In this document: positions 1 to 17,269 of the stretch, piece by piece
Position numbering within the stretch: position 1 is the first letter of the stretch
Layout of the letters: every line of letters begins with the position of its first letter
Assembly (NCBI RefSeq): GCF_009914755.1
Contig: NC_060948.1
Direction: 5' to 3' (one strand)
DNA length: 64,000 bases
From: the human T2T-CHM13v2.0 reference genome, Homo sapiens
Notes under the pieces: model-generated
Database searches by the model: none
Told to the model about the DNA's origin: nothing
Seen by the model: the letters and a program-made list of their open reading frames with translations, nothing else
Translations under genes and position numbers: made by a program

Positions 1-1188
1 TTTCAGCTCCATCAGCTCCTTTAAGCACTTCTCTGTATTGGTTATTCTAGTTGTACATTCTTCTGAATTTTTTTCAAAGTTTTCAACTTCTTTGCCTTTG
101 GTTTGAATGTCCTTCCGTAGCTCAGAGTAATTTGATCGTCTGAAGACTTCTTCACTCAGTTCGTCAAAGTCATTCTCCATCCAGCTTTGTTCCGTTGCTG
201 GTGAGGAACTGCGTTCCTTTAGAGGAGGAGAGGCGCTCTGCTTTTTAGAGTTTCTAGTTTTTCTGTTCTGTTTTTTTCCCCATCTTTGTGGTTTTATCTA
301 CTTTTGGTCTTTGATGATGGTGATGTACAGATGGGTTTTTGGTGTGGATGTCCTTTCTGTTTGTTAGTTTTCCTTCCAACAGACAGGACCCTCAGCTGCA
401 GGTCTGTTGGAGTACCCTGCCGTGAGAAGTGTCAGTGTGCCCCTGCTGGGGGGTGCCTCCCAGTTAGGCTGCTCGGGAGTCAGGGGTCAGGGACCCACTT
501 GAGGAGGCAGTCTGCCCATTCTCAGATCTCCAGCTCTGTACTGGGAGAACCGCTGCTCTCTTCAAAGCTGTCAGACAGGGCCATTTAAGTCTGCAGAGGT
601 TAATGCTGTCTTTTTGTTTGTCTGTGCCCTGCCCCCAGAGGTGGAGCCTACAGAGGCAGGCAGGCCTCCTTGAGCTGTGGTGGGCTCCACCCCGTTGGAG
701 CTTCCGGGCTGCTTTGTTTACCTAAGCAAGCCTGGGCAATGGTGGGCGCCCCTCCCCTAGCCTCGCTGCTGCCTTGCAGTTTGATCTCAGACTGCTGTGC
801 TAGCAATCAGCGAGACTCCGTCGGCATAGGACCCTCGGAGCCAGGTGCGGGATTTAATCTCGTGGTGCGCCGTTTTTTAAGCCTGTCGGAAAAGCGCAGT
901 ATTAGGGTGGGAGTGACCCGATTTTCCAGGTGCCGTCTATCACCCCTTTCTTTGACTAGGAAAGGGAACTCCCTGACCCCTTGTGCTTCCCGAGTGAGGC
1001 AATGCCTCACCCTGCTTCGGCTCATGCAAGGTGTGTGCACCCACTGACTTGTGCCCACTCTCTGGCACTCCCTAGTGAGATGAACCCGGTACCTCAGAGG
1101 CAAATGCAGAAATCACCCTTCTTCTGGGTCGCTCATGCTGGGAGCTGTAGACCGGAGCTCTTCGTATTCGGCCATCTTGGCTCCTCCC
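1..1188 (-). mobile_element. L1PA2/3-type LINE-1 5' UTR and start of ORF1 (left-arm copy, cut by the window edge)
   Basis: Reverse complement of gggaggagccaagatggccgaata...; mirrors 52996-54183. Confidence 0.97.
739..1047 (+). CDS. L1 antisense ORF0-like frame (102 aa, ATG intact); expression unknown
   Basis: MVGAPPLASLLPCSLISDCCASNQRDSVGIGPSEPG... matches the primate L1 ORF0 peptide, with an extended C-terminus. Confidence 0.6.
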   Translation: MVGAPPLASLLPCSLISDCCASNQRDSVGIGPSEPGAGFNLVVRRFLSLSEKRSIRVGVTRFSRCRLSPLSLTRKGNSLTPCASRVRQCLTLLRLMQGVCTH

Positions 1189-1317
1189 TGGCTCAGTTTT
1201 TTTTAAAAGACAAAACCCTTTACTTATTAAAGGGAAGAGTGAGCTTTCCAAATGATCTGTCTCTTGTTTTTTTCTTCACTTCTTGATAGTCTGTTCACAA
1301 AGCAAACAAAAATTTTT

Positions 1318-1614
1318 TATTATTTATATATTTATTTACTTATTTATTTTTGAGACAGGATCTCTCTCTGTCACCCAGGCTGGAGTGCAGTGGCATGATC
1401 TTGGCTCACTGTAATCTTCACTTCCTGGGTTCAAGCAATTCTCCTGCCTCAGCCTCCTGAGTAGCTGAGACTACAGGTGACCACCGCCATGCCTGGCTAA
1501 TTTTTGTACTTTCATTAGAGATGAGGTTTCACCATATTGGCCAGACTGGTCTCAGACTCCCAACCTCAGGTGATCTGCCCACCTCGGCCTCCCAAAGTGT
1601 TGGGATTACAGGTG
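1318..1614 (-). mobile_element. Alu (slightly 5'-truncated)
   Basis: tgagacagga...cccaggctggagtgcagtgg...cctcccaaagtgttgggattacagg with an A-rich tail. Confidence 0.95.
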
Positions 1615-2804
1615 TTAACATTACATGAAAATATTGCTGAGAGAGAACAAAATTTTATCCATCCATTAGTCTATTATTCATGTCATCCCATTTTTTTAAA
1701 TGAAACGTTATATGCAAATGTATTCAATTTTTATCCGTTTGACAGTGAGGTGAAATTCTTACAAGCCTTTTATAAACCTGTAGAAATATTCGTTAAAAAG
1801 CAGATCAGTGCAATAAGAAATGCTTGGCTTCCAATGTTCAATGTATGGGAAAACCAAATAATATCTTTTTGAATTTAGTCAGTATGTTTATACACATAAT
1901 TTATTTTACAAGATTAAGTTTTACAAGCCATCCACTACTTGTTTTCACTTTTGCTTTATCTTATCTAATTTAACATAATCCTTTAGCTTCAAACTAGGCA
2001 AAAATTTATATTCCCATGCCATCTTATAATGTTTTACTAAAAACATATTTACTTTCCTTGTACACATTGCATGTAAATTTACTTTCAGTAGTCTCAGTTA
2101 TATGTTATAATGGTAACTCTTAGCAATTTTTAATTTTGATGTAAAACCTGATAAGTTACTTTAAGTATGTAGTAGATGCAGATAAGGCCAGACTATTTCC
2201 AGCATAGTTAGGGTGTTGTTAACTTCATATGTCCCCAGGCCTTACCCAAACTGTAAAGAAAACAAGTTAAAAATTTTCAAAAGACAAAGAAGCCCCTTTG
2301 ACCTCAAAGCACTTAGCAAACCTAGTTTCTGACCTGCATAATTTATACCACATGTGCACATTATGAGACATTCTTATTTTACCGATAATCTTAAATTCAA
2401 AGATCAAAGTCATATGAGCTAAAAGCATTATAGCTTTATTTTCTTTAAAAATATTTTATTTAGGTTATTATTTTCTCCTTAAGCCAATCAATTAAAACTC
2501 ATTTTAATATAAACATTATACATAGAACACACATATAACTACACAAACAGACAAGAGATAATACAGTCATTGCAAGACCTTTTTTTTATTGCCAATCTCC
2601 TGAATGGACTACTGGTTACAGGGTGGATCTCTCCAAGAAACAAAAGCTGATTTTGAGAGGAATCTTCTCCTTTTAATTTCTGGGGTTCTGGAGTTCTATG
2701 AAAAACACCCTCATGTGGCACCCTTTTGTCCAAAACTTTGGTTTGAAAACCTAAAAGGCAAAGCTGAATCTGAGTGACCCAGAGGCAGATGATGGTGTAG
2801 GCCT

Positions 2805-3080
2805 CGGGCCACTTTCGTGGAACAAGAGGGACCAGGGAGATCTTTACTTTGAGGTAAAAGCAGGAGGATTAATGAGTGCACTCAGATGCAGTGGACTTAA
2901 CATCCAAACACTGGGCCCAGAACAAAGACAGCACTTGACTTTTACATACATTTTAAAAGGGGGTGTGGGCTAGCTTGCAGTAGGCTTACAGTGGCATGAA
3001 AGCAAGCATACAGAAACAGAACAAAGACAGTTAATCAAATTGTGACAGTTTCATAACTCAGAATTACACATGACAGTTCC
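2805..3080 (-). mobile_element. LTR fragment, LTR22 (HML-5)-like
   Basis: Minus strand reads taaaagtcaagtgctgtctttgttctgggcccag...gagtgcactcattaa, then tggcccg (start of a tRNA-Ile-like PBS). Family recalled from memory. Confidence 0.45.
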
Positions 3081-4097
3081 TAGGGAGAGAAAAGAAGTTT
3101 TGAAATTGGGGAACTGCCAAAAAAAACCCACCTGTACCCTCACATGGAAAAACTACGTTGAATCCTGACATGGTGGAGGAAAAAAGCACTTAACTGCAGG
3201 GGTGCTCTTCCAAGGCAGCCCCCTTTTTAGCAGCAGTCAGTATTTGATTAAAAGGTAATATAACATTCTTTCCAGGAGAGTTCAAATACTTAGATTAAAT
3301 TCTGGAAGGCTTCCATATACCTGTCAAGGTCATCTGAAAACTTGTTGAGTTCACACCTAATTTGCCTTAAGTCATATAGAGTAAAGGAGACCTTGATTTT
3401 AGTGGGTCCATATTCACCAGACATCTGTTGTAGGGACAGAAGACAAAGACCTGCCTAAAATGAGAATTTCTAGAATGGAACAAATTTGAGAGAAAACCTG
3501 AATAGGAAGGAATGGAGAGAGTTGACTACCCCACTGAAGGTACCTCTTGGGTTTGCTTCCCTAAGTCCCTGAATTTTTCCCTTGCAGCCTCTCCTGATGT
3601 GGCCACCAGGAGGGCCAAATTAATCCTACAATGTTGGCAAAGGTCTAGATAACCCTGCAAGGTAAAGAAAGTCTGCACGTATGGGATCTTGGACCATTTG
3701 CCTTCACATTTACAGAGAAAGTCCAGCTTCAGGATGGTATTTAAATTAATGCTTTTTTCCTGAGGTCTTACTTCTTTTCTGTGCCTGAAGGTGCTTGGCA
3801 ATATAGCTGCAGGATGGTATTGAAATTAATGCTTTTTTTCTTGAGGCCATGCTTCTTATCTGTGTCTGAAGGTGCTTGGAAAAATTTGACAACCAAGGAA
3901 ATGACAAGAAAGTTTTCACCACAAACTTATGTATAAATACCAAGAAACACTTTTTTTAATCTGTGCTACTCTTAACCTTCCATTTTCTACTCCTGATGAC
4001 TAAACCAAATTCTCATTCTATCGGGTAATGTACCTGTGGTTTGCAACAACATTCTTAAGATTGTAGGTAGAGAAGAAAATCACAGCCACAGCAGTCA

Positions 4098-4222
4098 AGG
4101 AAGGAAAGAACGAAGGAAGGAAGGAAGGAAGAAGGTAGGAAGGAAAGAAGGAAGGAAGGAAGGAAGGAAGAAGGAAGGAAGGAAGGAAGGAAGGAAGGAA
4201 GGAAGGAAGGAGGGAAGGAAGA
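4098..4222 (+). repeat. (GGAA)n microsatellite
   Basis: Direct reading; 12 bp longer than the right-arm copy. Confidence 0.97.
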
Positions 4223-4675
4223 AAATGGAGGGTGGGAGGGAGGTTAATAAAAAAGGCTGAAGGCAACAAGAAGGTGAGAAGGGCTGTGACCCTCTGGGGA
4301 GGGCCAACACATTGTATCAACACATTGAGGGGCTGTTTACTGGAGTCAGTCAAGGTATGGCCTTGGCCAGATGTATTCAGTTGCCCTAATACCTTATTCT
4401 GATTCCACACAATGGCTAGAACTCTGTAAAGGTAAACTGATTTGAAAAAAAGAGAAAAAAGCCAACATTCCCAACACCTGAGGGTTATGGGGGATTAACA
4501 GTGTTTTCCTCAGCAAGCCTGTCCTCCCTGTCTTAAGTCAGGCAGCTTTGCCAGTTGCTTTTAACTGACAAACAGAGGACCTGTATTTTTCTTTTATTTT
4601 TGGCTATTGTGATGTTTAGGACAGAAAGCAACAAGTTTGCTTTTATTTGCCATTCTACAAATCCCAGATGAGTCT

Positions 4676-6254
4676 GCCAAAGGATTTTTGGAGTGTTGCT
4701 TTATCATCTAGAAATCTCCGTGACTGGTGGTACCTTCTGCCTGAGTATCACTCAGGTACCTTCTGCCTGAGTATCACTCATGCCACTTGGCTTGTTCTGC
4801 CCATTAAGCCCAGCAGGCTGTGCTTAAGTTGCACTGCTGGCCCAGATTCCACACCTGCTACATCAATCCAGCCATGAAGTGGCAAGGGATATGTAAGTGA
4901 GCACACATGGGGTCCTGCTGTGGCAGGACAGGCAGCTCCTGGTGCTGGCACATGTGCCAGCTCTGTGCAAGGCTGTAGCTACATGTATTTACATGTAGTT
5001 ACATGTATACTGCATGTAACTTTCACTGTGGGCACCCACGTTTAGACAAGGGGAACATGGCCACCAAAAGCTTGGAGATGCCAGAAACCACAGAGGCCAA
5101 AGAGATTTTACAGCCCTGGCTTGTGAAGACCCTTGGTCTGGGCTTCCCAGAGGGCCACCTATTTTCTCACCTTCTTGTTACCTGCAACATGGTGAGTGGA
5201 AGTGGATGTGTTTTAGTCATTTATGTTACAGCCGTTTTAATCCCACCACTCAGCGGGTCCCAGGTTCTTGTCCTGCATCCAGGAAGAGTAAGTAATGAGA
5301 ATAACTGGAGAGTGAGCAAGGCAGTGAGGAGATTCACTGAGTAATGGAACAACTCTCCAGAGACCTGAAATGGATAGTTTCTTTCAGCAGGCAGGTCATC
5401 CTGACAGGTGTCCAGCTCTCAGCAGAGAGGAGACCCACAATATGTATATCCTTTTGGTGGGCATATTGTCCCAATGTCTGTTCTAGTCTGGTGGAGTCTG
5501 GGGTTTTTATGGGCTCAGCATGGAGAAAGTGCATGCTGACTGGTCCATGGATGGTCATGGGTGGGCCCAGAAAAAGCATCATAAGTTCTCACTCTGGGTT
5601 GCTGACTCCACCCAAAGTTTATAAGTAAGCCCAACCCCCCACTTCAGGCTGTTCCTTGTTTGAAGGTGGAGTTTCACGGGAGATCCACTCCTTTCCACCC
5701 AGTAACCCGTCTGCCTCCCATCATGAACATACCATTCCCGCCATGCAGGCTGTTCATGCCAACAGGTGCTTGTAGACCCACACCAAGCTGCCCTTAGCCT
5801 CCCTGGACTCTCTCTCATGCTTGTCAGTGCCCAAAGTTTGGAGGGTGTTAAGGCTACAAGAGTCTAGCATGTCAGCACCACCCTGTGTGTGCAAACTTGG
5901 CCAGGTTATAATGGCACCCAGCCGCAGCCACAATTTTCCTCCAAAATCAGAGCAGACACCAGGAGTGGAGAAATGCCAGACAGTGGGAGCAGGCCCTACT
6001 GAACCTGCAGGAAAAAAGAGGGAAACCCTCATCCCTCAAGAGTACCTGGATTCCTGGATCTGGATCTGTGGCTGGACAGCTGCAGCTGTGCCCAGGAGCA
6101 TGGGACTTCCACCCCTCTAACTTGGTAAAAGGTGAGGTTCCCACATATCCTTGGCTCTCACTGGCTCCATGAAGCATGCAACCCCTGCCATACATCCTCA
6201 TGAAGCTGGTGCCTTCACATAAACAACACCACATGGGCCACCACTGCCATCACT
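4676..6254 (-). mobile_element. MER52-family ERV1 LTR
   Basis: About 1.6-kb GC-rich LTR with cccataaaaaccccagactc (TATA region) and cttcctggatgcaggacaagaac motifs on the minus strand. Confidence 0.7.
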
Positions 6255-7580
6255 GGGTCCAGCAATATCTCACAACATCCCCTGAGTGGAGGGACCATGC
6301 AGATAGGTCACATTACCTAGGTAAACTCCTTACAGATATGACACAATGTCCTCCCTGGATAGGACCCAGAAAGAGGAGGAGAGTCACATATCTTAGGGGC
6401 TGGACCCAGCTCTATGCCACATTTTCCCACATGGGTGTGGCCCAGGCATGAGATGAGAATCATATAACCTATGTGCTAGGGTTGGCAATATGTCACAATA
6501 CTCCCTGAGTAAAGGGCTCAGGCATGAGAGCCACATCACCTAGGTGAAGGCTCAGAGATATGTCACTATGTACTCTGTGGGCAGGGCTTAATAAGAAACG
6601 GACAGTCACATATCCTAGGGGCTAGGCCAAACAACACGTTATGATCCCCACTGTGAACAAGTCCTAAAAAGGAAATGAGAGTCATACCATCTAGGAAATG
6701 ACCACACCAATAAGTGACAATGACCGCTGTGAGTAGGGACCAGGTGACATAGCACATCATCTGTGTGCAGGTCCCAGTGACAACTCATTGTCCTTTCCGT
6801 GGACATGGACTAAGCAACAGAGGAGAGTTGAATTATCTATCTAGGTGTTGGGCCAAGAGATATGTAACAATCTCTCCTATGGGGAAAGCCAAGTAAGAGA
6901 AAAGAGTTATGCCAAATAGTTTATGGGCCCAGGATATGTCACAATGCCCCATCTAAGCAGGGCCAGGCATCAGATTGACATTACCTTGGTGCTGAGCCCA
7001 CATATATGTCACATTGCAATCAGAGAATAGGTTCCAGAAACAAGAGTAATGGTACCTTTCAGTTGAGCCCAGTGATATGTCACTGTCTGTCCTTAGAACA
7101 GAACCTAGGAAGAAGTCACATCAGCTAGGTGTTTGGCCAAATATGTCACAATTTCCCCTAGGCAGAAGAAGACAGTCAGATCACCTGGGTGATGGGTGCA
7201 GAGCTATGCCATAATGCCCTCTGTATGCAGGGTTCAGGCAGGAGGGTTATATTGTCTCAGAGCTGGACCAAGCAATATGACACAGTGGCCCATGGTGGCA
7301 AGACCAGGCAGGAGACTTACATTATCTGGGTGTGGAATGCAGAGATATGTCAAAATTCCACCAGTGAAGAGCACCAAGGCAGGAGAGGAGACTCATATCA
7401 ACTAAAGAGTAAGCCCAGTGGTATGTCACAATGTCCTTTGTGGGCAATACCAACGAATAAAAACAGAGTCACATCCCCGAAGTGCTGGGCTCAGCGATTT
7501 GAAGCAAAACCATCTGTGGGCTTAGCCCACACAGGACACTCAAATCACTAAGGTGCTAGACAGAAGCATGTCACAATGGT
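6255..7580. repeat. Diverged beta-satellite-like (BSR/Beta, ~70 bp) array
   Basis: Recurrent gatatgtcacaat / gagtcacatcacctagg / ctgggccc motifs at roughly 70-bp spacing. Confidence 0.75.
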
Positions 7581-8050
7581 ACCTGCAGGAGGCTTTAAGT
7601 GATGGTACTAATGATCCCACAAATGTCTTGATTTCATGCATGAGGGTGAATTTTCTTGTATGTTGGATCTAAGTATACTAGTCACAATCTCAATAGTGGA
7701 CTTAATCTGGCCATAAAAGCCTCAACCTCTCCTGCAGACTTTGTCTCCTTCAGGGAGCCACAGCCACACACAGCACACACAGTGTGCTGAATTTTTGTTT
7801 GAGGGTGACCAACCTAACCATGGACTGGAATGATGTATGAGAGTAAGTTTTTAAACTTTTGACTGCCTTTTGACTGCAAACTTTTGGCTGTTAGATATAA
7901 AACCTCATCAATGGGCCGCGTTCCCGTGGGAGAATGAAAATCTTTGCTGTTGGCTGGATGTGCATATGAATGCACAATTCCACCTGTGTGCTGGGTTCCA
8001 TAAACTTTCTACACTATCTGAAAGCTTTATACAATATAAATGAGAGTCTG

Positions 8051-8383
<333 letters not shown>

Positions 8384-8691
8384 TTACTGGTATGGACACA
8401 TAAACTCAGCTGTGTCCAGCACAGATATGAGAGTCAACGTCTCTCCAATTGACTCGGTCCTCTCTCCAATTGACTTGGTCCAAATAAGAGGGTCTTTACC
8501 TGCCTGTGAGCTGGGTTTAGAAATAGGTTATATTTCAACTGTGGCTATATGTTCACATATGACAGTCACAGTTTTAACTGTGGACTCTTTCTGCATGTGA
8601 TATTCAGAACCCCCACAATGGATTGTGAGAATGACTATTATAATGCCAACTTTATCAGTTGGCAATGTGCAAACATAAGAAACCCGATTGT

Positions 8692-8818
8692 GGCCAGGTG
8701 CAGTGGCTCACATCTGTAATCTCAGCACTTTGGGAGGCTGAGGCTGGCAGAGCATCTGAGTTCAGGAGTTTGAGACCAGCCTGGCCAATATGGTAAAACC
8801 CCGCCTCTACTAAAAATC

Positions 8819-8866
<48 letters not shown>

Positions 8867-9042
8867 AGCCAGGCATTTTGGTGTATGGCTGCAATCCCAG
8901 CTACTTGCAAAGCTGAGGCAGGAGAATCACTTGCAACATGGGAGTCAGAGTTTGCAGTGACCTGAGGTCACACCATTGCACTCTAGCCTGGGTGATAAGA
9001 GTGAAACTCCATCTCAAAAAGGAAAAGAAAATAAAAGAAAAA
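8692..9042 (+). mobile_element. Alu with expanded middle A-linker (A45)
   Basis: Standard Alu with a 45-nt A run at 8820-8864. Confidence 0.95.
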
Positions 9043-9310
9043 ACACAATCTCAACTACGCACCAGGATTCATGATGACACTCTCTGTACCAAATAAGAAC
9101 TTTATACTACGTACTAGAGAGTGGTAATCTTCTATGACCTTCATATATACATGCTCTCTGGTTATTTTCCAGACTTGTTGACCTCTCTTCATAGTGTTAT
9201 TGGTCTCCATATTTCCATTTTCTTTCCTCAGTGGCTGATACTGATTAATCAGTAATCTCAGAACCTGTTTGGCATGTAGCATGCAGCATATGAGAATAAG
9301 TGTCTATTGT

Positions 9311-10350
9311 CAGTTCTGGGTCTAGCGTACCTTTAACTGTAGCAGTTTCTATGTGACCGACTACATTTACAACATAAGCTGAATTACAGACAATGTTGGT
9401 AGGATCTGCAGCTGTGAGCTGTAAAATCTGAATGACTGCAGTTAGCACTGAGAATTGAGCTGAAGCCCCAGAGGGCATTATTGTTTGAGTATGTTTAGGT
9501 CCATAGAGAGTGGCACGACCTTTAGAAGAGCCATCAGTAAAATAAGTCTGTCCACCTGGAATAGGCTTGTGATGAGTAATCACAGGAAGAATGAAAGAAT
9601 GGAATTCATAAAACTACAAAATTTTGTCTGAGGGATAATGAAAGCAAAGGTTTCTGCAGGTGTAGCTGGGAGGCATGCCATTGCTAAAGCATTTGTTCTA
9701 CAAGCTGCAACTCCAAATTCTGCCTCTTTGGCCAACTGCCATGGGAAATTTAGTGAAGAGTCTCCTGGCAGGGTTTAACCTTTCTTTCCAGTTATTGATA
9801 TTGGGTTAGGGTTTCCTTGTAGGAATTTCTCTAAATATTTTCCACTCTGATGTCCCATGTCCTTCAACATTTTAAATCCTAGGTTATCAAAGTTTTCATT
9901 TGTAAGTCTCATATCCCATGCTGTAAGTAAGTCTTGACCCCATAAATTGATAGCTATATTTGCAACATAAGGCTGAAAAGTACACCATTGTCCGTCTGGA
10001 CCAGGAAAAGGTAAAATCTCAGCACTCTGTTAAACACTTTGAGCTGTTCCTACTCCCGCTAAGGATGTAGAAGTTAATTGTAATGGCCAGGATGGGGGCC
10101 GATTGTCTTTAGATATTATTGACACATCAACTCCCGTATCCATAAGCCCCCAAATTTATTTCCTTTAATTTGCACTACACAGGTGGGCCTATCAGAGGCT
10201 ATCGGTTGGGATGGATAGATTTCCCATGTAGTTGTGCTGCTAAACCGTTTATTCTCTTGTTTCTCCTTTCATGGAGGAGGGTGTAATTTGCAGGGAATAA
10301 ACAATAATTGAGCAACATATTCTCCTGGTTCAAAAACCCAAAGATCTTGT
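9311..10350 (-). mobile_element. Betaretrovirus-like HERV-K(HML) pro / RNase H fragment
   Basis: ORF 9245..9583- has TYFTDGSSKG...NIVCNSAYVV (RNase H); the protease motif atggatacgggagttgatgtg (MDTGVDV) is on the minus strand. Confidence 0.8.
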
Positions 10351-10955
10351 TGTTGTACCCAAGCGAGTTAGAGGAACACCACACTTTGAGACAAATTTAA
10401 GAGTCCTTTATTAGCCAGTGAGAGAGAGACGGCTAACGTTTGGAATTCTCTTGGCCCCGAGGAAAAGGCTTGCTTTTCCTTTATACTTTGGTTTAGGAAG
10501 GGGAGGGGAGCTCAGTTGCAACAATTCTACAGAAGTGAAAACATGCGAAAAACTTAAAAAGACAAATGGTTACAGGGAAGACAACAGTTCCAGGTGCAGG
10601 GGCTCTAAATCTATCATAAGATGTTAGGTATGGGGGCTCTGCCAGACAGAAACTCAAGGCGTTATGGTGTTATCTCTTGAGCAAAATCCTGGGAACTTTG
10701 TACATTGCTTGCTTCAGTACCTTATCAGTTAATTGGACTCTTTGATATGTTGAGAGTCAGCTTACACAAGTGAACTCCTTGAGGAAGGGGGTGGGTAAGG
10801 AGTCCTTGACGTCTTGTAAATGAAGGAGCCAAATGGAGTTCATCAGGCTTTCTCAGTCAAGGGAGAGCTTATACATGTGGAAACAAGGCTAGGTGATTAA
10901 GGGAGAAAGGGAGAGTCTAAAAGCAAGGTTAGTAAAAACAAGGTTAGGTATTACA
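10351..10955 (-). mobile_element. Solo LTR, LTR6-like (ERV1), defining the left inner arm boundary
   Basis: TG...CA termini (tgtaatacc...gggtacaaca), TATA (gtataaagg) and AATAAA on the minus strand; 605 bp. Confidence 0.75.
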
Positions 10956-12054
10956 CTATAATCAGCAATATAATTGTCAAGTAACATAATCAGTTAGGTA
11001 AGATTGTTAATGTTATGCTAGCATAATATTGATAGTGACAAAATCTTGAATTTAAAAATGTCAAAATCTTTCAATTTTTTTGAAGGGAAGACTTGCAATG
11101 CACCCTTAAAGTGAGATGTAACTTTTTTCTTATAGAAAAGTTAAAACAGGGTGGAGGAGCCAAGATGGCCAAATAGGAACAACTCCAGTCTACAGCTCCC
11201 AGCGTGAGTGATGCAGAAGATGGGTGATTTCTGCATTTCCATCTGAGGTACCGGGTTCATCTCACTAGGGAGTGCCAGACAGTGGGCACAGGTCAGTGGG
11301 TGCATACACTATTTGTGAGCCGAAGCAGGGCGAGGCATTGCCTCACTTGGGAAGCGCAAGGGGTCAGAGAGTTCCCTTTCCTAGTCAAAGAAAGGAGTGA
11401 TAGACAGCACCTGGAAAATCGGTCACTCCCACCCAAATACTGCACTTTTCCAAAGGGCTTAAAAAACGGCCCACCAGGAAATTATATCCCCAACATGGCT
11501 GGGAGGATCCTATACCCACGGAGTCTCTCTGCTTGCTAGCACAGCAGTATGAGATCAAACTGCAAGACAGCAGCGAGGCTGGGGGAGGGATGCCCGCCGT
11601 TGCCCAGGCTTGCTTAGGTAAACAAAGCAGCAGGGAAGCCCGAACTGGGTGGAGCCAACCACAGCTCAAGGAGGCCTGCCTGCCTCTGTAGGCTCCACCT
11701 CTGGGGGCAGGGCACAGACAAACAAAAAGACAGCAGTAACCTCTGCAGACTTAAATGGCGCTGTCTGACAGCTTTGAAGAGAGCAGTGGTTCTCCCAGCA
11801 TGAAGGTGGAGATCAGAGAATGCGCAGACTGCCTCCTCAAGTGAGTTCCTGACCCCGGACCCCGAGCAGCCTAACTGGGATGCACCCCCCAGCAGGGGCA
11901 GACTGACGCCACATGTGGTGGGGTACTCCAAGGGACCTGCAACTGAGGGTCCTGTCTGTTAGAAGGAAAACTAACAAACAGAAAGGACATCCACACCAAA
12001 AACCCATCTGTACATCACCATCATCAAAGACCAAATGTAGATAAAACCATGAAG

Positions 12055-13072
12055 ATGGGGAAAAAAACAGAACAGAAAAACTGGAAACTCTAAAATGCAG
12101 AGCAACTCTCCTCCTCTAAAGGAGTGCAGTTCCTCACCAGCAATGGAACAAAGCTCAACAAAGAATGACTTTGACGAGCTGAGAGAAGAAATGTTCAGAT
12201 GATCAAACTACTCTGAGCTATGGAAGGACATTCAAACCAAAGGCAAAGAAGTTGAAAACTTTGAAAAAAATTCAGAAGAATGTACAACTAGAATAACCAA
12301 TACAGAGAAGTTCTTAAAGGAGCTGATGGAGCTGAAAACCAAGGCTCCAGAACTACTAGAAGAATGCAGAAGCCTCAGGAGCCAATGCGATCAACTGGAA
12401 GAAAGGGTATCAGCGATGGAAGATGAAATGAATGAAAGGAAGTGAGAAGGGAAGTTTAGAGAAAAAAGAATAGAAAGAAATGAGCAAAGCCTCCAAGAAA
12501 TATGGGACTATGTGAAAAGACCAAATCTATGTCTGATTGGTGTACCTGAAAGTGATGGGGAGAATGGAACCAAGTTGGAAAACACTCTGCAGGATATTAT
12601 CCAGGAGAACTTCCCCAATCTAGCAAGGCAGGCCAACGTTCAGATTCAGGAAATACAGAGAACGCCACAAAGATACTCCTCGAGAAGAGCAACTCCAAGA
12701 CACATAATTGTCAGATGCACCAAAGTTGAAAAGAAGGAAAAAATGTTAAGGGCAGCCAGAGAGAAAGGTCGGGTTACCCTCAAAGGGAAGCCCATCAGAC
12801 TAACAGCGGATCTCTCGGCAGAAACCCTACAAGCCAGAAGAGAGTGGGGGTCAATATTCAACATTCTTAAAGAAAAGAATTCTCAACCCAGAATTTCATA
12901 TCCAGCCAAACTAAGCTTCATAAGTGAAGGAGAAGTAAAATACTTTACAGACAAGCAAATGCTGAGAGATTTTGTCACCACCAGGCCTGCCCTAAAAGAG
13001 CTCCTGAAGGAAGTGCTAAACATGGAAAGGAACAACCGCTACCAGCCACTGCAAAATCATGCCAAAATGTAA
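12055..13072 (+). pseudogene. L1 ORF1, disrupted (frameshift in the A run after ATG; TGA at ~12443)
   Basis: The C-terminal 186 aa (KRPNLCLIGVPESDGENG...NHAKM) are open; the upstream part is broken. Confidence 0.92.
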
Positions 13073-13135
13073 AGACCATCGAGACTAGGAAGAAACTGCA
13101 TCAACTAACGAGCAAAATAACCAGCTAACATCGTA

Positions 13136-16960
<3,825 letters not shown>

Positions 16961-17269
16961 GTGGGAATTGAACAATGAGAACACATGGACACAGGAAGGG
17001 GAACATCACACTCTGGGGACTGTTGTGTGGTGGGGGGAGGGGGGAGGGATGGCATTGGGAGATATACCTAATGCTAGATGATGAGTTAATGGGTGCAGCG
17101 CACCAGCAAGGCACATGTATACATATGTAACTAACCTGCACATTGTGCACATGTACCCTAAAACTTAAAGTATAATTATAACAAATTAAAAAAGGAAAAG
17201 TTAAAACAATGAGTGTATTTGGTTCAATAAATATATCTTTCTGTATTTTATAATTTTATTTAAAAATAT

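Larger units (their letters stand above)
1189..4675 (-). mobile_element. ERV1 internal region (MER52-int/HUERS-P3-like), decayed, with gag MA remnant
   Basis: ORF 3526..3801- contains ILKLDFLCKCEGKWSKIPYVQTFFTL, homologous to the HERV-H and ERV9 gag MA motifs elsewhere in this window; abuts the LTR at 4676. Confidence 0.65.

Noticed and set aside
4018-4410. LPSF/KEGR-repeat ORFs (also 49787-50167 and 62017-62220)
   Set aside because: Translations of GGAA/TTTC microsatellites.
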